A stretch of DNA of 63,430 nucleotides from Deltaproteobacteria bacterium (GTDB lineage: Bacteria; Myxococcota_A; UBA9160; SMWR01). The DNA is taken from the NCBI GenBank assembly GCA_032128115.1, contig JAQBHB010000094.1, forward strand, positions 1 through 63,430, given 5' to 3'. The notes beneath the pieces are model-generated. The model did not search any database, had not been told where the DNA came from, and saw only the letters and a list, made by a program, of their open reading frames with translations. The position numbers and the translations under genes were made by a program. Positions 51,000 through 60,436 of the stretch are shown one piece after another (position 1 is the first letter of the stretch; every line of letters starts with the position of its first letter).

Positions 51000-51040
51000 T
51001 CCGACCCACCGGATCTACGCGGTCCCCTGGTGATCCGACC
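50976..51040. repeat. 31-bp direct repeat (period 34) duplicating the remnant's 3' end
   Basis: cggatctacgcggtcccctggtgatccgacc at 50976 and 51010. Confidence 0.92.
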
Positions 51041-51054
51041 GGCTTCGAGGCCCC

Positions 51055-52272
51055 TCAGGCCGGGGTGAACAGCACCGGCAACGAGGTGGGGGAGCGGAAG
51101 ATCAGGCCCGTGATGTGGACGTCTTCCACATCGGGATCGAGCCTCAGGTCGGGGAAGCGGTCGAGCAGGGCTTCGAGTGCCACCTGGGTCTCCAGGCGCG
51201 CCAGGTCCATGCCCAGGCAGCGATGGGCGCCGAAGCCGAAGGACATGTGCTGTCTCGCCGGGCGGAAGATGTCGAATTTCTCCGGGGCGTCGTAGCGGGT
51301 CTCGTCGTGGTTGGCCGCCGCGACGCATACGCTGAGAAAGGCGCCCTTGGGAATCGCGACACCTGCCAGCTTCGTGTCGCGGCTGGCCATGCGGATGATG
51401 CCGGTGAGGGGAGACTCCCAGCGCAGGGCTTCCTCGGTGGCCTGGGGAATCAGCGACCGGTCCTTGCGCACCGCCTCCAGCTGCTCCGGATGGGTGAGCA
51501 GCCCGAACAGCAGGTTGCTGGCGGAGCGATAGGTGGTCTCGGCTCCGGCGGGCAGCAGCAGCCGCAGGAAGGCGATGATGTCGTCGTCGCTGAGCGTGTT
51601 GCCCTCGATCTCGGCGTGGGTCAGTACGCTCACGATGTCGTCGCGTGGGTCGCGGCGCCGCTCGGCGATGAGGGCGGCGAACGTCTCCCCCAGGGCCTTC
51701 GAGGCGCGCAGACCGCGCTCCCAGTCGAATCCGATGCTGATGAGTTCCGCCGCGTGTCGGTGGAAGCGGTCCAGCTCGGTATCGGGAAGTCCCAGCATCC
51801 TGGCGATGATGTTCACGGGAAACGGAAACATCAGGCTGCGGCGCAGGTCGGCGCGTCCGTCGGCGGCGAAGCTGTCGATGCACTCGCGGATCACCGGCCC
51901 GATCAGCTCGCTCTCCCAACGGGCCAGCGCTTTCTTCGTGAACCCCTTCTGCACCAGGCTCCGGTAGCGGGTGTGCTCGGGCTCGTCCATCTCGAGGATG
52001 GTGTGGCCCATCACGATTCCCATGGTGGTGGCGTAGGCCCTCGACGTGAATCGCTCACCGTCGCGGAGCACTTCGGAGACGGCGGCGTGGCTGAGCACGG
52101 TAAAGCCCGGGGGCGCGTTGTCGGGCCGGGGGCCGAGCTGGAGACCCATCATCTCGTGGGGCGTGCTGGGCTGGACGTCGCCCTTGCGGCGCCACTCGGC
52201 GAAGATGGGGTACGGATCGCGGACGCTGCCCGCGCCGTAGCCGCGATCGAGCTCTTCGAAGGGATCGGACAA
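51055..52272 (-). CDS. Cytochrome P450
   Basis: AGAETT, EEALR, FGFGAHRCLG; TTG start after GAGAGGGA. Confidence 0.95.
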   Translation of the reverse strand: MSDPFEELDRGYGAGSVRDPYPIFAEWRRKGDVQPSTPHEMMGLQLGPRPDNAPPGFTVLSHAAVSEVLRDGERFTSRAYATTMGIVMGHTILEMDEPEHTRYRSLVQKGFTKKALARWESELIGPVIRECIDSFAADGRADLRRSLMFPFPVNIIARMLGLPDTELDRFHRHAAELISIGFDWERGLRASKALGETFAALIAERRRDPRDDIVSVLTHAEIEGNTLSDDDIIAFLRLLLPAGAETTYRSASNLLFGLLTHPEQLEAVRKDRSLIPQATEEALRWESPLTGIIRMASRDTKLAGVAIPKGAFLSVCVAAANHDETRYDAPEKFDIFRPARQHMSFGFGAHRCLGMDLARLETQVALEALLDRFPDLRLDPDVEDVHITGLIFRSPTSLPVLFTPA

Positions 52273-52292
52273 TGGTCCCTCTCGTTGGGAGT

Positions 52293-52322
52293 TATCTACC
52301 TGCGCGCAGGTAGAAGTGTCAA
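52293..52322 (-). promoter_or_regulatory. Sigma70-type promoter of the P450 with embedded 20-bp palindromic operator
   Basis: Minus strand TTGACA-18 nt-TAGATA; TCTACCTGCGCGCAGGTAGA at 52295-52314. Confidence 0.8.
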
Positions 52323-52334
52323 GCGAGAGTTCGA

Positions 52335-53987
52335 TCACGTCTTTTTTTCGTTCTGGATCCGGCGAGTTAGAAGATCGGTCAGGCTGCGCTTGTCGATCTT
52401 GCCCGAGTTGGTGAAGGGCAGCTCAGCGTCCCCGTAGAAGAAGAGATGGCGCGGCACCTTGTAGGCCGAGAGTTCCTTGCGAAGGCGTGCCCGCAGGGCA
52501 TCCCCATCGGGCTCGGCGCCCCCCACGAGGATCACGGCCGCCGCCACGTTCTGCCCGCGCGCGGGATCCGGCACGCCCACCACGAAGGCGGAGCGCACCT
52601 CCGGAAACGACTCCAGCACCACCTCGACCTCACGCGGTGTCACGTTGGCGCCCGCCGTCTTGATCAGGTCGCCCAGGCGCGCGCGGAAGAACAAGACACC
52701 ATCGGCGTCGAACCGACCCGCATCCCCCGTGTGGTAGAAGCCGTCGGCGTCGAACACGCTGTGGCGCTCGAGCTTGTGCAGGCCCTGCATCAGGCTGTGC
52801 CCCCGCACGCAGATTTCGCCCTCGGATCCCGGCGGAAGCGTCTCGCCCGAGTCCGGGTCCACGATCTTGTGCTGCATGCCCGGTACCGCGTGCCCGAACG
52901 ATCCGCGCAGGGATTCGGGGAGATCCACGTCCATGCGATCGATGCTGTGGGGGCCGCAGGTCTCGGTCATGCCCAGGGCGTTGGAGCGGAGCTCCGGGTC
53001 GGCCGGTCGGATCGACTCGGGCAGGATTGCGTAGAGGTTTCCCGAGCGCACCGAAGACAGATCGCGCGTTGCGAAGCTCGGATGTTCCATCATCGCCTTG
53101 GCGTAGTGCGGCCAGCCGGCGACGATGGTGGCTCGCTCGCGTTCGATCAGATCCAGGGTCGTGCCCGCCTCGAACGCCTCCTCGCACAACATGAAGGCGC
53201 CGGCGTGCATGTTGGCCAGCAACGAGAACACGAACCCCCCCACCCAGAAGAAGGGCATGGGGGAGAAGCAGCGATCGTCGGGTGTGAGATCGCGAAAGGC
53301 ATTGAGGTTGCGCGAGTGTCGCAGCACGGCGCCGTGGCTGTGGATCGCGCCCTTGGGGTCGGCGGTGCTGCCCGAGCTGTAGATCACCAGCATGGGATCC
53401 GCGGGCATTACGCAGCCCTCGACGGCCGCGAGGAAGGCATTGTCGATGCGGGGGTGGGCGTCGGCCGCCTCGGCAAGGGCGCGCGCCGGACGCGCCCAGG
53501 CGCGAAGCCCGCCCGGATCGTCGTCGCCCCACACGCTGACGGATCGCAGGCAGGGAAGCTCGGGAACCACCAGCGCGTCGGCCTTCTGCACTGCCAGCGA
53601 GGGCGCGGCGGTTTCCAGCCGCTCCAGGTAGTCGTTGTTCAGGAAGCGCGACACGGTGAGCAGCGTGTGCACGTCGGCGTGGTGCATCACCCAGCCCAGC
53701 TCCCGGGGCTTGTAGAAGGTGTTCATGGGCACCAGCACCGCGCCGATGCGGGTGGTCGCGAGCCAGGCCACCACCCAGTCGGGGCCGTTGGGCATGAGCA
53801 GGCCCACGCGGGTGCCCTTGGCGACCCCCGAGGCCAACAGGCCCCGGGCCAGGTGTGCCGATCGATGGGCCGCATCCGCATACGTGATGCGCTCGTCGCC
53901 CAACAGGATCAGGGGGCGCTCACCGAACGCGTCGACCCGCGATCGGATGAATTCGGGAATCGAAGCGGACGTATCCGACGCCGGCAT
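52335..53987 (-). CDS. Class I adenylate-forming acyl-CoA synthetase
   Basis: YSSGSTADPKG, GMTET, YHTGDAG, SGKIDK. Confidence 0.93.
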   Translation of the reverse strand: MPASDTSASIPEFIRSRVDAFGERPLILLGDERITYADAAHRSAHLARGLLASGVAKGTRVGLLMPNGPDWVVAWLATTRIGAVLVPMNTFYKPRELGWVMHHADVHTLLTVSRFLNNDYLERLETAAPSLAVQKADALVVPELPCLRSVSVWGDDDPGGLRAWARPARALAEAADAHPRIDNAFLAAVEGCVMPADPMLVIYSSGSTADPKGAIHSHGAVLRHSRNLNAFRDLTPDDRCFSPMPFFWVGGFVFSLLANMHAGAFMLCEEAFEAGTTLDLIERERATIVAGWPHYAKAMMEHPSFATRDLSSVRSGNLYAILPESIRPADPELRSNALGMTETCGPHSIDRMDVDLPESLRGSFGHAVPGMQHKIVDPDSGETLPPGSEGEICVRGHSLMQGLHKLERHSVFDADGFYHTGDAGRFDADGVLFFRARLGDLIKTAGANVTPREVEVVLESFPEVRSAFVVGVPDPARGQNVAAAVILVGGAEPDGDALRARLRKELSAYKVPRHLFFYGDAELPFTNSGKIDKRSLTDLLTRRIQNEKKT

Positions 53988-54096
53988 GCGGCTAGACCTA
54001 CACCACGCAACGCGCTCCTGTCCAGCCGGCGCGGGCCCACGAGCGCCGGTTTGGGGGTAGAATGGCCCGCTCGAGGGGTGAGATCCGGAGGCGCGC

Positions 54097-55242
54097 GTGG
54101 AGTTCGAGTGGTCGCGTGAAGATCTCGCGTTTCGGCGCGAGCTGCGGGAGTTCCTGGATGAGGCACTCCCCGAAAACTGGGACGAGATCGCGAAGGATGG
54201 CCCCGGGAGCGACGCGCAGGCCGAGTTCTCCAAGATCTTCTGTCCGAAGCTCGCCGAGAAGGGTTGGCTCACCCAGAACTGGCCGGCCGAATACGGCGGG
54301 CGCGACGCCACGCCCTGGCGCCACGCGATCCTGGGCGAGGAGATGTGGAAGGCGGGAGAACCGCGCAGCTCCCAGTACATGAACGTCAACTGGGTGGGCC
54401 CCACCATCATGCGCTATGGCAGCGAGGAGCAGAAGGCGACCCACCTGCCGCCCATCTCCCAGGGGCGCGCGTTCTGGTGCCAGGGATTCTCGGAGCCCGA
54501 GGCGGGCAGCGACCTGGTCTCGCTGCGCACATTGGCTCTCCGCGACGGCGACGAGTACGTGATCAACGGCTCGAAGATCTGGACGTCCTACTGCAACTAC
54601 GCCCAACACTGCTTCCTGGTGGTGCGCACCGACCCCAATTCGAAGCGCCACCGGGGCATCTCGGTGCTGCTGGTGCCCATGGATACGCCGGGCATCGAGG
54701 TGCGGGAGATCCCGTCCGTGGTGGGGGAGCGCTACTTCTTCGAGGTGTTCTTCAGCGACGTGCGCGTTCCCGTCTCGAGCCGACTCGGCCCCGAGCACGA
54801 GGGGTGGGAGGTGGTGACGTATTCGCTGGCCTTCGAGCGGGTCGGAGCTGCGCGCTACGCCCGGGCCGCTCGCACCCTGGACGAACTGGCGGCTCTGGCG
54901 GAAGAGCGCGACCTGCTCGACGACCCCACGCTGTTGGAGAAGCTGGGGGAGGCGCGCGCCCTGTGCGAGGCCTCGCGCATGCTCACCTATCGGGTGATCG
55001 ACCTGCGCGCCCACGGTTCTCCCCCCACGGCCGACACCAACGTGGCGCGGGTGGCGGGTACCCTGGCCGAGCGCGCGGTATCGGAGCTGGCCCTCGAGCT
55101 GTTCGGGCCCGAGGCACTGGAATACGGTCACCCCGCGGAATCGCATTTCCGCCTGGCCATGACGGCCGGCGTGGCCGTGGGAACCACCGAAATCAATCTG
55201 AACCTGGTGGCCAACCGCTTCCTGGGTCTGCCGCGGGAGTAG
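54097..55242 (+). CDS. Acyl-CoA dehydrogenase, catalytic-type subunit
   Basis: WCQGFSEPEAGSDL, GSKIWTS, LAFERVG. Confidence 0.92.
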   Translation: MEFEWSREDLAFRRELREFLDEALPENWDEIAKDGPGSDAQAEFSKIFCPKLAEKGWLTQNWPAEYGGRDATPWRHAILGEEMWKAGEPRSSQYMNVNWVGPTIMRYGSEEQKATHLPPISQGRAFWCQGFSEPEAGSDLVSLRTLALRDGDEYVINGSKIWTSYCNYAQHCFLVVRTDPNSKRHRGISVLLVPMDTPGIEVREIPSVVGERYFFEVFFSDVRVPVSSRLGPEHEGWEVVTYSLAFERVGAARYARAARTLDELAALAEERDLLDDPTLLEKLGEARALCEASRMLTYRVIDLRAHGSPPTADTNVARVAGTLAERAVSELALELFGPEALEYGHPAESHFRLAMTAGVAVGTTEINLNLVANRFLGLPRE

Positions 55243-55245
55243 CGC

Positions 55246-56175
55246 GTGGATCTCGAACTCGACGAAGACCAACGCGCGATTCTCGAAGCGGTGGAGCAGC
55301 TGCTGGCGCAGCACGCCGGTGCCGAGCGGGCCATCGAGTTGAACCGGAAGGCCGAGTACGACACGGCACTCGACGCCGCTCTTGGCGAAGCCGGGTTCAC
55401 GGGCATTGCATTGGGAGACGACACGGGTTTCCTGGAAGCGGCGCTCGTGGTCGAGGCGGTGGCTCGCGCGGGCGGCCAGGTGAGCATCGGCGCTTCGGCG
55501 CTGGTGGCGCCGGGGGTGGCGGGACGCGAACTCCCCGGGCCCATCGCCATCCGCACGGCGGCGACCCGCGGTCCGGTGCGCTTCGGCGCCCACGCACGCA
55601 CGTTGCTGCTCGACGCGGGCGACGAGGCGTTCGCGGTGACGCTCGAGCCCGGCGATGTGGAGCCGGTGGCCTCGAATTTCATGGTGCCCATGGGTCGCGT
55701 GCCGGCGTCGCCGGGCCGGGGCGAGTCGCTGGGGGCCGGCTCCGGAGAACGCCTGCGGCGCTGGTGGCGACTGGCCGTGGCCGCCGAATGCGTGGGAGGC
55801 ATGGCCGCCGCGCTCGCCGTGACTCTCGAGTTCGTGAAGCGCCGCCGCCAGTTCGGTCACAGCATCGGCTCGTTCCAGGCCGTGCAGCACCGGCTGGCCC
55901 AGTGCGCCGTGCTGGTGGAGGGAAGTCGTTGGCTGGTGTACGAAGCGGCGGCGCAGGGCGCCCCGGCCGAGGCGGCGGCCGCTGCTGCCGCTCACGCCAC
56001 CGCTGCCGCGGGCCAGGTCTTTGCCGAGACCCACCAGTTCACCGGCGCCATGGGGTTCACCCGAGAGCACGATCTGCACGCCTTCAGCATGCGGCTGCAG
56101 GTGTTGCGGCTGGAGGCGGGCGGCGTGGGCGGGCATCGCCGCGCCGCGGCGGTGGCCCGCTGGCGCTCGCCGTGA
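55246..56175 (+). CDS. Short acyl-CoA dehydrogenase-like (alpha-type) subunit
   Basis: RRQFGHSIGSFQAVQHRLA, HQFTGAMGFTREH; reduced middle domain. Confidence 0.88.
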   Translation: MDLELDEDQRAILEAVEQLLAQHAGAERAIELNRKAEYDTALDAALGEAGFTGIALGDDTGFLEAALVVEAVARAGGQVSIGASALVAPGVAGRELPGPIAIRTAATRGPVRFGAHARTLLLDAGDEAFAVTLEPGDVEPVASNFMVPMGRVPASPGRGESLGAGSGERLRRWWRLAVAAECVGGMAAALAVTLEFVKRRRQFGHSIGSFQAVQHRLAQCAVLVEGSRWLVYEAAAQGAPAEAAAAAAAHATAAAGQVFAETHQFTGAMGFTREHDLHAFSMRLQVLRLEAGGVGGHRRAAAVARWRSP

Positions 56176-57125
56176 GCCTGGACCTCGCCTTCGACGACAG
56201 CCAGCAGTCGGTGGCCGAGGCCATTGCGCAATTCTGTCGCGACCGATGCGACGACGCCGCGGTGCGCGAAACCGAGGGCAAGTTTCCCGAGGCCTTGTGG
56301 CGCGAGCTTGCCGAGCTGGGAGTGCTTGCGCTCGGCACGCCCGAGGGAGACGGGGGCTGCGTGGAAATGGTGGCGGCGCTCGAATCTCTTGGCGCCGCCG
56401 TGTTCCCCGGGCCGTTGGCGGCCAGTTTTTTCGCCACCCAGGTGCTTCCGGACGCGAAACGCGCGGCGGTGGCGCGAGGCGAGGCGGTGGTGTCGCTGGG
56501 CGTCCCGCCGCTCATGCCCTGGGCTCCCGTGGCCCATGTGTTTCTGGCGGTCACCGGGGGGCGCGTCTTCCTGGGCCGTCCGGAGGCGGACCTGGAGACG
56601 GTCGACACCCTGGGCGGTGAGCCGTGGGGGCGCGTCGAGATCGAGCTCGGCGACGATCTCGGCGACGGCGCGCGCGCGCACGCCGTCTACGACATGGCCC
56701 TGGCGGCCTACCTGGCCGCGGCAGGCGTTCGCCTGGTAGCCGACACGGCCGAGCACGCGCGCACCCGCAAGCAGTTTGGCAAGTCCCTCGGCGAGTTCCA
56801 GGCCGTTGCCCACCCGCTGGCCGACTGCGCGATCCAGCTGGCGGGGGCCTCGACCCTGGCGCGCGCGGCGGCCTTCCGCATCGAGGCCGCGACCGACGAC
56901 GCACGCGCCAGCGCCGCCGCGGCGCGTCTCTCGGCGGTGCGCGCCGCGGTGGCCACGGCGCACACCTGCCACCAGCTTTTCGGGGCCGTGGGCATCACGC
57001 TCGAGGGCCCCGTCTTCCACGTGTCGCGACGGATTCGTCAGCTGGCGAGCCAGCCGCCCCTGGACGACGGCGCCCGCGCCGTACTGCTGGATCACTTCGA
57101 CGTTCCGGGGGTCGCCTCGTTATGA
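56172..57125 (+). CDS. Short acyl-CoA dehydrogenase-like (alpha-type) subunit
   Basis: RKQFGKSLGEFQAVAHPLA, HQLFGAVGIT; GTGA coupling. Confidence 0.88.
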   Translation: MSLDLAFDDSQQSVAEAIAQFCRDRCDDAAVRETEGKFPEALWRELAELGVLALGTPEGDGGCVEMVAALESLGAAVFPGPLAASFFATQVLPDAKRAAVARGEAVVSLGVPPLMPWAPVAHVFLAVTGGRVFLGRPEADLETVDTLGGEPWGRVEIELGDDLGDGARAHAVYDMALAAYLAAAGVRLVADTAEHARTRKQFGKSLGEFQAVAHPLADCAIQLAGASTLARAAAFRIEAATDDARASAAAARLSAVRAAVATAHTCHQLFGAVGITLEGPVFHVSRRIRQLASQPPLDDGARAVLLDHFDVPGVASL

Positions 57126-57979
57126 CGCCTGCGCAAAGCATCGATCTCACCGCGCCGCTGGACGGCGTGATCTACGAATGCCGCGACGATGGCATCGCCA
57201 TCATCCGCCTGGATCGGCCGGATCGAGGCAATTCGCTCGCGCCGGGCATGCAGCCGGTGATCCGCGCCATCTGGGAACGGGTGCGAGACGATCCCGCCAT
57301 CCGCGTGGCCATCGTCACCGCGTCGGGTGAGCGGCACTTCTGCACCGGATTCGACGTGGCCGAGGCCGACGGCGAAGACGCCGAGAGTGTTTTCAACAAC
57401 CGGCCGCTTTCCGAGGCCGTGCACTGGTCGCCCCACCAGAACCGGGTCTGGAAGCCGGTCATCTGCGGCGTCCAGGGTCTGTGCGTGGGCGGCGGCCTCC
57501 ACTTCGTGGTGGACGCGGACATCGTGGTCGCCTCCCAGAATGCGAGTTTCATGGACACCCACGTGAACGTGGGGATGGTGGGCGCCCTCGAGAACGTGGG
57601 GCTCGCGAAGCGACTGCCCCTGGGCAGTGCCCTGCGCATGACCCTGATGGGGCGCGATTACCGCATGCCGGCCGAGCGCGCCTACCAGCTGGGACTCGTG
57701 GACGAGCTGGTGGAGAGCCCTGCCGACGTGTTGCCGGCGGCGCTCGCGATGGCCACCTCCATGCTGAAGAACTCGCCCCAGGCGATGGCGCTCTCGAAGC
57801 AGGCCGTGTGGGGCGCCCTCGAACAGGGCTACGGCCCCGCGCTCGAGCAGGCCTGGGGTCTGCTGCGGCTTCATTGGAGCCATCCGGACTTTCGCGAGGG
57901 CCCCCGGGCCTTCGGCGAGAAACGCGATCCGCAATGGAATCCGGATCCCAATGCGCGGGTGGAGGACGAGGAAGCGTGA
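57122..57979 (+). CDS. Enoyl-CoA hydratase/isomerase (crotonase) family
   Basis: LDRPDRGN, FCTGFD, KPVICGVQGLCVGGG, DFREGPRAF.EKR.P. Confidence 0.92.
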   Translation: MTPAQSIDLTAPLDGVIYECRDDGIAIIRLDRPDRGNSLAPGMQPVIRAIWERVRDDPAIRVAIVTASGERHFCTGFDVAEADGEDAESVFNNRPLSEAVHWSPHQNRVWKPVICGVQGLCVGGGLHFVVDADIVVASQNASFMDTHVNVGMVGALENVGLAKRLPLGSALRMTLMGRDYRMPAERAYQLGLVDELVESPADVLPAALAMATSMLKNSPQAMALSKQAVWGALEQGYGPALEQAWGLLRLHWSHPDFREGPRAFGEKRDPQWNPDPNARVEDEEA

Positions 57980-59097
57980 ACTTCGCCTTCTCTTCCGAGG
58001 AGGAAGCGTTCCGACGGGAAGTGGTCGCGTTTCTCGACGACTATCGGGATCTCGATGCCTTCTTTGGCCAGGGCCACCACTGGCCCCGGGTGAAGGCATT
58101 GTTCTCTGCCATGGGCGAGCGCGGCTGGTTGTCGCTTTGCTGGCCGGTGGCGGCCGGGGGAGGCGGACGGCCGCTCACCTGGGAATACATCCTGTGGGAC
58201 GAGGTGGGCTACGCCCGCGCGGCACGAAACCCGCTGGCGTCGGGCATCGTGGCCAAGACGATCGCCCGCCACGGCGACGAGGACCAGAAGCGGCGCTGGT
58301 TGCCGCCGATCCGGACCGGTGAGATCCACTTCTCCCTGGGCTACTCGGAGCCCGAGGCGGGCTCGGATCTGGCCAGCGTGCGCTGCCGCGCCGAATGCCG
58401 GGGCGACGCCTACGTGGTGTCGGGCCAGAAGTGCTGGCAGTCCTACGCCCAGGACATGGACTACCTGTGGCTCCTGTGTCGCACGGGCAGCCAGGAGAGC
58501 CGGGGGCGCGGACTTTCGCTGCTGATCGTGGATCTGGAAGCGCCGGGTGTCACGCTGGGCGCGTTGCCGACGCTCGACGGGGATCAGCTGAACGAGGTGC
58601 ACCTGGACGCGGTGGAGGTGGCCGTGTCCCAGCGGATCGGGCCCGAGGACGGTGCCTGGAAGATCATGAGCGGGGCCCTCGCCGACGAACGCCACATCCA
58701 GTTCCCGCCCAAGCGCGTGCGACGGGACTTCGAGGAGACCATCGAGTGGGCGCGCGCACAGGGCCTTGCCGGCGATCCCGTGCTGCGCCGCACGCTTTCG
58801 GAGCTGGCGGCCCAGGTCTTCGAGGTGGAGATGCACGGCCTGCGCGTGCTCGACGCCATGCTGCGCGGCCGCCCCGGGGTGGTAGAGGCCGCTGCCAACA
58901 AGGTGTTCCAGACCGAGGTGTGCCAGCGCATCGCCCGCGCTGCCTTCGACCTGGGGGGGCCGGAGGCCCTGGTGAATTCGGCGCGCGTCAACACCCTGTG
59001 GCGTCAGAGCCTGTGGGAGACCATTGGCGGAGGGACGTCGGAAGTGATGCGGGGCATGGTGGCCCGCCACGGCCTGGGGCTGGGCGGACGCAGTTAG
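57976..59097 (+). CDS. Acyl-CoA dehydrogenase, catalytic-type subunit
   Basis: LGYSEPEAGSDLAS, GQKCW, LADER, TIGGGTSEVMR. Confidence 0.92.
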   Translation: MNFAFSSEEEAFRREVVAFLDDYRDLDAFFGQGHHWPRVKALFSAMGERGWLSLCWPVAAGGGGRPLTWEYILWDEVGYARAARNPLASGIVAKTIARHGDEDQKRRWLPPIRTGEIHFSLGYSEPEAGSDLASVRCRAECRGDAYVVSGQKCWQSYAQDMDYLWLLCRTGSQESRGRGLSLLIVDLEAPGVTLGALPTLDGDQLNEVHLDAVEVAVSQRIGPEDGAWKIMSGALADERHIQFPPKRVRRDFEETIEWARAQGLAGDPVLRRTLSELAAQVFEVEMHGLRVLDAMLRGRPGVVEAAANKVFQTEVCQRIARAAFDLGGPEALVNSARVNTLWRQSLWETIGGGTSEVMRGMVARHGLGLGGRS

Positions 59098-59121
59098 CTC
59101 GACCCGGAGTCTGCGGCGCGG

Positions 59122-60372
59122 TCAGGCCTGACGGCGCAGCTTGTAGCGGATGGGCAGGCGCTTGACGCCTCCCACCAGGCTGGAAGTGAGGCGCTCGATG
59201 GGCCCCGCCAGCTCGATCTCCTCGATCCGGGGCAGCAGGTATTTGTAGGCCACCTCGAGCTCCATCCGAGCCAGGTGGGTGCCCAGGCAGAAGTGCTCGC
59301 CCACGCCGAAGCCCAGGTGGCGGTTGGGCTGGCGGTCGATCCGGAACTCGAAGGGGTCGGCGAAGATCTCCTCATCCCGGTTGGCCGAGGGGTAGAACAG
59401 GGCCACCGCGTCGCCCTTGGCAATGGTCTTGCCGCGCAGCTCGTAATCCTCGCGGGCGGTGCGGGCGAAGTGGATGATGGGGCTGGTCCAGCGCACCACC
59501 TCCTCCACCGCCAGGGGCAGCAGCGAGGGGTTGGCCTGCAGCCGGCGCAGCTCGTCCTGGTGCTCCACGAAGGCCAGCATGCCGCCGCTGGTTCCGTTGC
59601 GGGTGGTCTCGTTGCCCGCGATCACGATGATCAGGCACCACGCGAGCACGTCCATGGGCGGCAGGGGCTCGCCGTCCAGCCGGATCTGCGTGAAATGGGT
59701 GATCAGGTCGTCCGTCGGCTTCTTCTTCTTCTCCTCCACGAGTTTCGCGAAGTAGCTGAAGAGCTCGGTCATGGCGGCCATGGCCGTCTCCTGGGGGGTC
59801 TTGCCCTCCTGCTGGAACTCGGGATCGCCGGCGCCGATGGTCCGGTTGGTCCAGTCGAACAGCAGGTTCCAGTCCTCGCGCGGCACACCCAGGAGCCACG
59901 CGATCACGGCGATGGGAAGCGGAGCCGCCACCTCCTTGACGAAATCGCACTCCCCCGAGTCCGAGTCCTTCACCAGGTTGTCGACGATCTCCTTTCCGAT
60001 CTGCTCGATGGCGCGGTGCATCTTGGCGAGCGCTCGCGGCTTGAAGCGCTGGTTCACGGTGCGCCGGTAGATGCGGTGCTTGGGGGGATCCATCTCGATC
60101 AGCGTCTTCGGAAAGCCGGCAATGTGATTTTCCGGCTTGTGGTCGATGGTGAGCCGGGTGCCGTTGTCGAAGATCTCGGGATGCGTGGAGATGGCGACGA
60201 TGTCGGCATGCTTGGTGATGGCCCAGAACGGGACGCCCTCGGTCTTTTCCCAGCGGAAGACGGGATCCTCGCGCCGCATGCGCGTCCACAGATCGTGGGG
60301 GTAGCCGTGCCGGGCGTAGTCGTCCGGGTGGATGATGTTGATCCCGTCCTGGGGGATGGCCTCGCTCGCCAT
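59122..60372 (-). CDS. Cytochrome P450
   Basis: MDPPKH, AGNETTRN, EEVVRWTSP, FGVGEHFCLG. Confidence 0.96.
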   Translation of the reverse strand: MASEAIPQDGINIIHPDDYARHGYPHDLWTRMRREDPVFRWEKTEGVPFWAITKHADIVAISTHPEIFDNGTRLTIDHKPENHIAGFPKTLIEMDPPKHRIYRRTVNQRFKPRALAKMHRAIEQIGKEIVDNLVKDSDSGECDFVKEVAAPLPIAVIAWLLGVPREDWNLLFDWTNRTIGAGDPEFQQEGKTPQETAMAAMTELFSYFAKLVEEKKKKPTDDLITHFTQIRLDGEPLPPMDVLAWCLIIVIAGNETTRNGTSGGMLAFVEHQDELRRLQANPSLLPLAVEEVVRWTSPIIHFARTAREDYELRGKTIAKGDAVALFYPSANRDEEIFADPFEFRIDRQPNRHLGFGVGEHFCLGTHLARMELEVAYKYLLPRIEEIELAGPIERLTSSLVGGVKRLPIRYKLRRQA

Positions 60373-60436
60373 GACCGCGCGCCTCCTCGGGTGTGGATCG
60401 TGGGGACGCCATTGTAGGGGATCTGCGAATCTGGCA

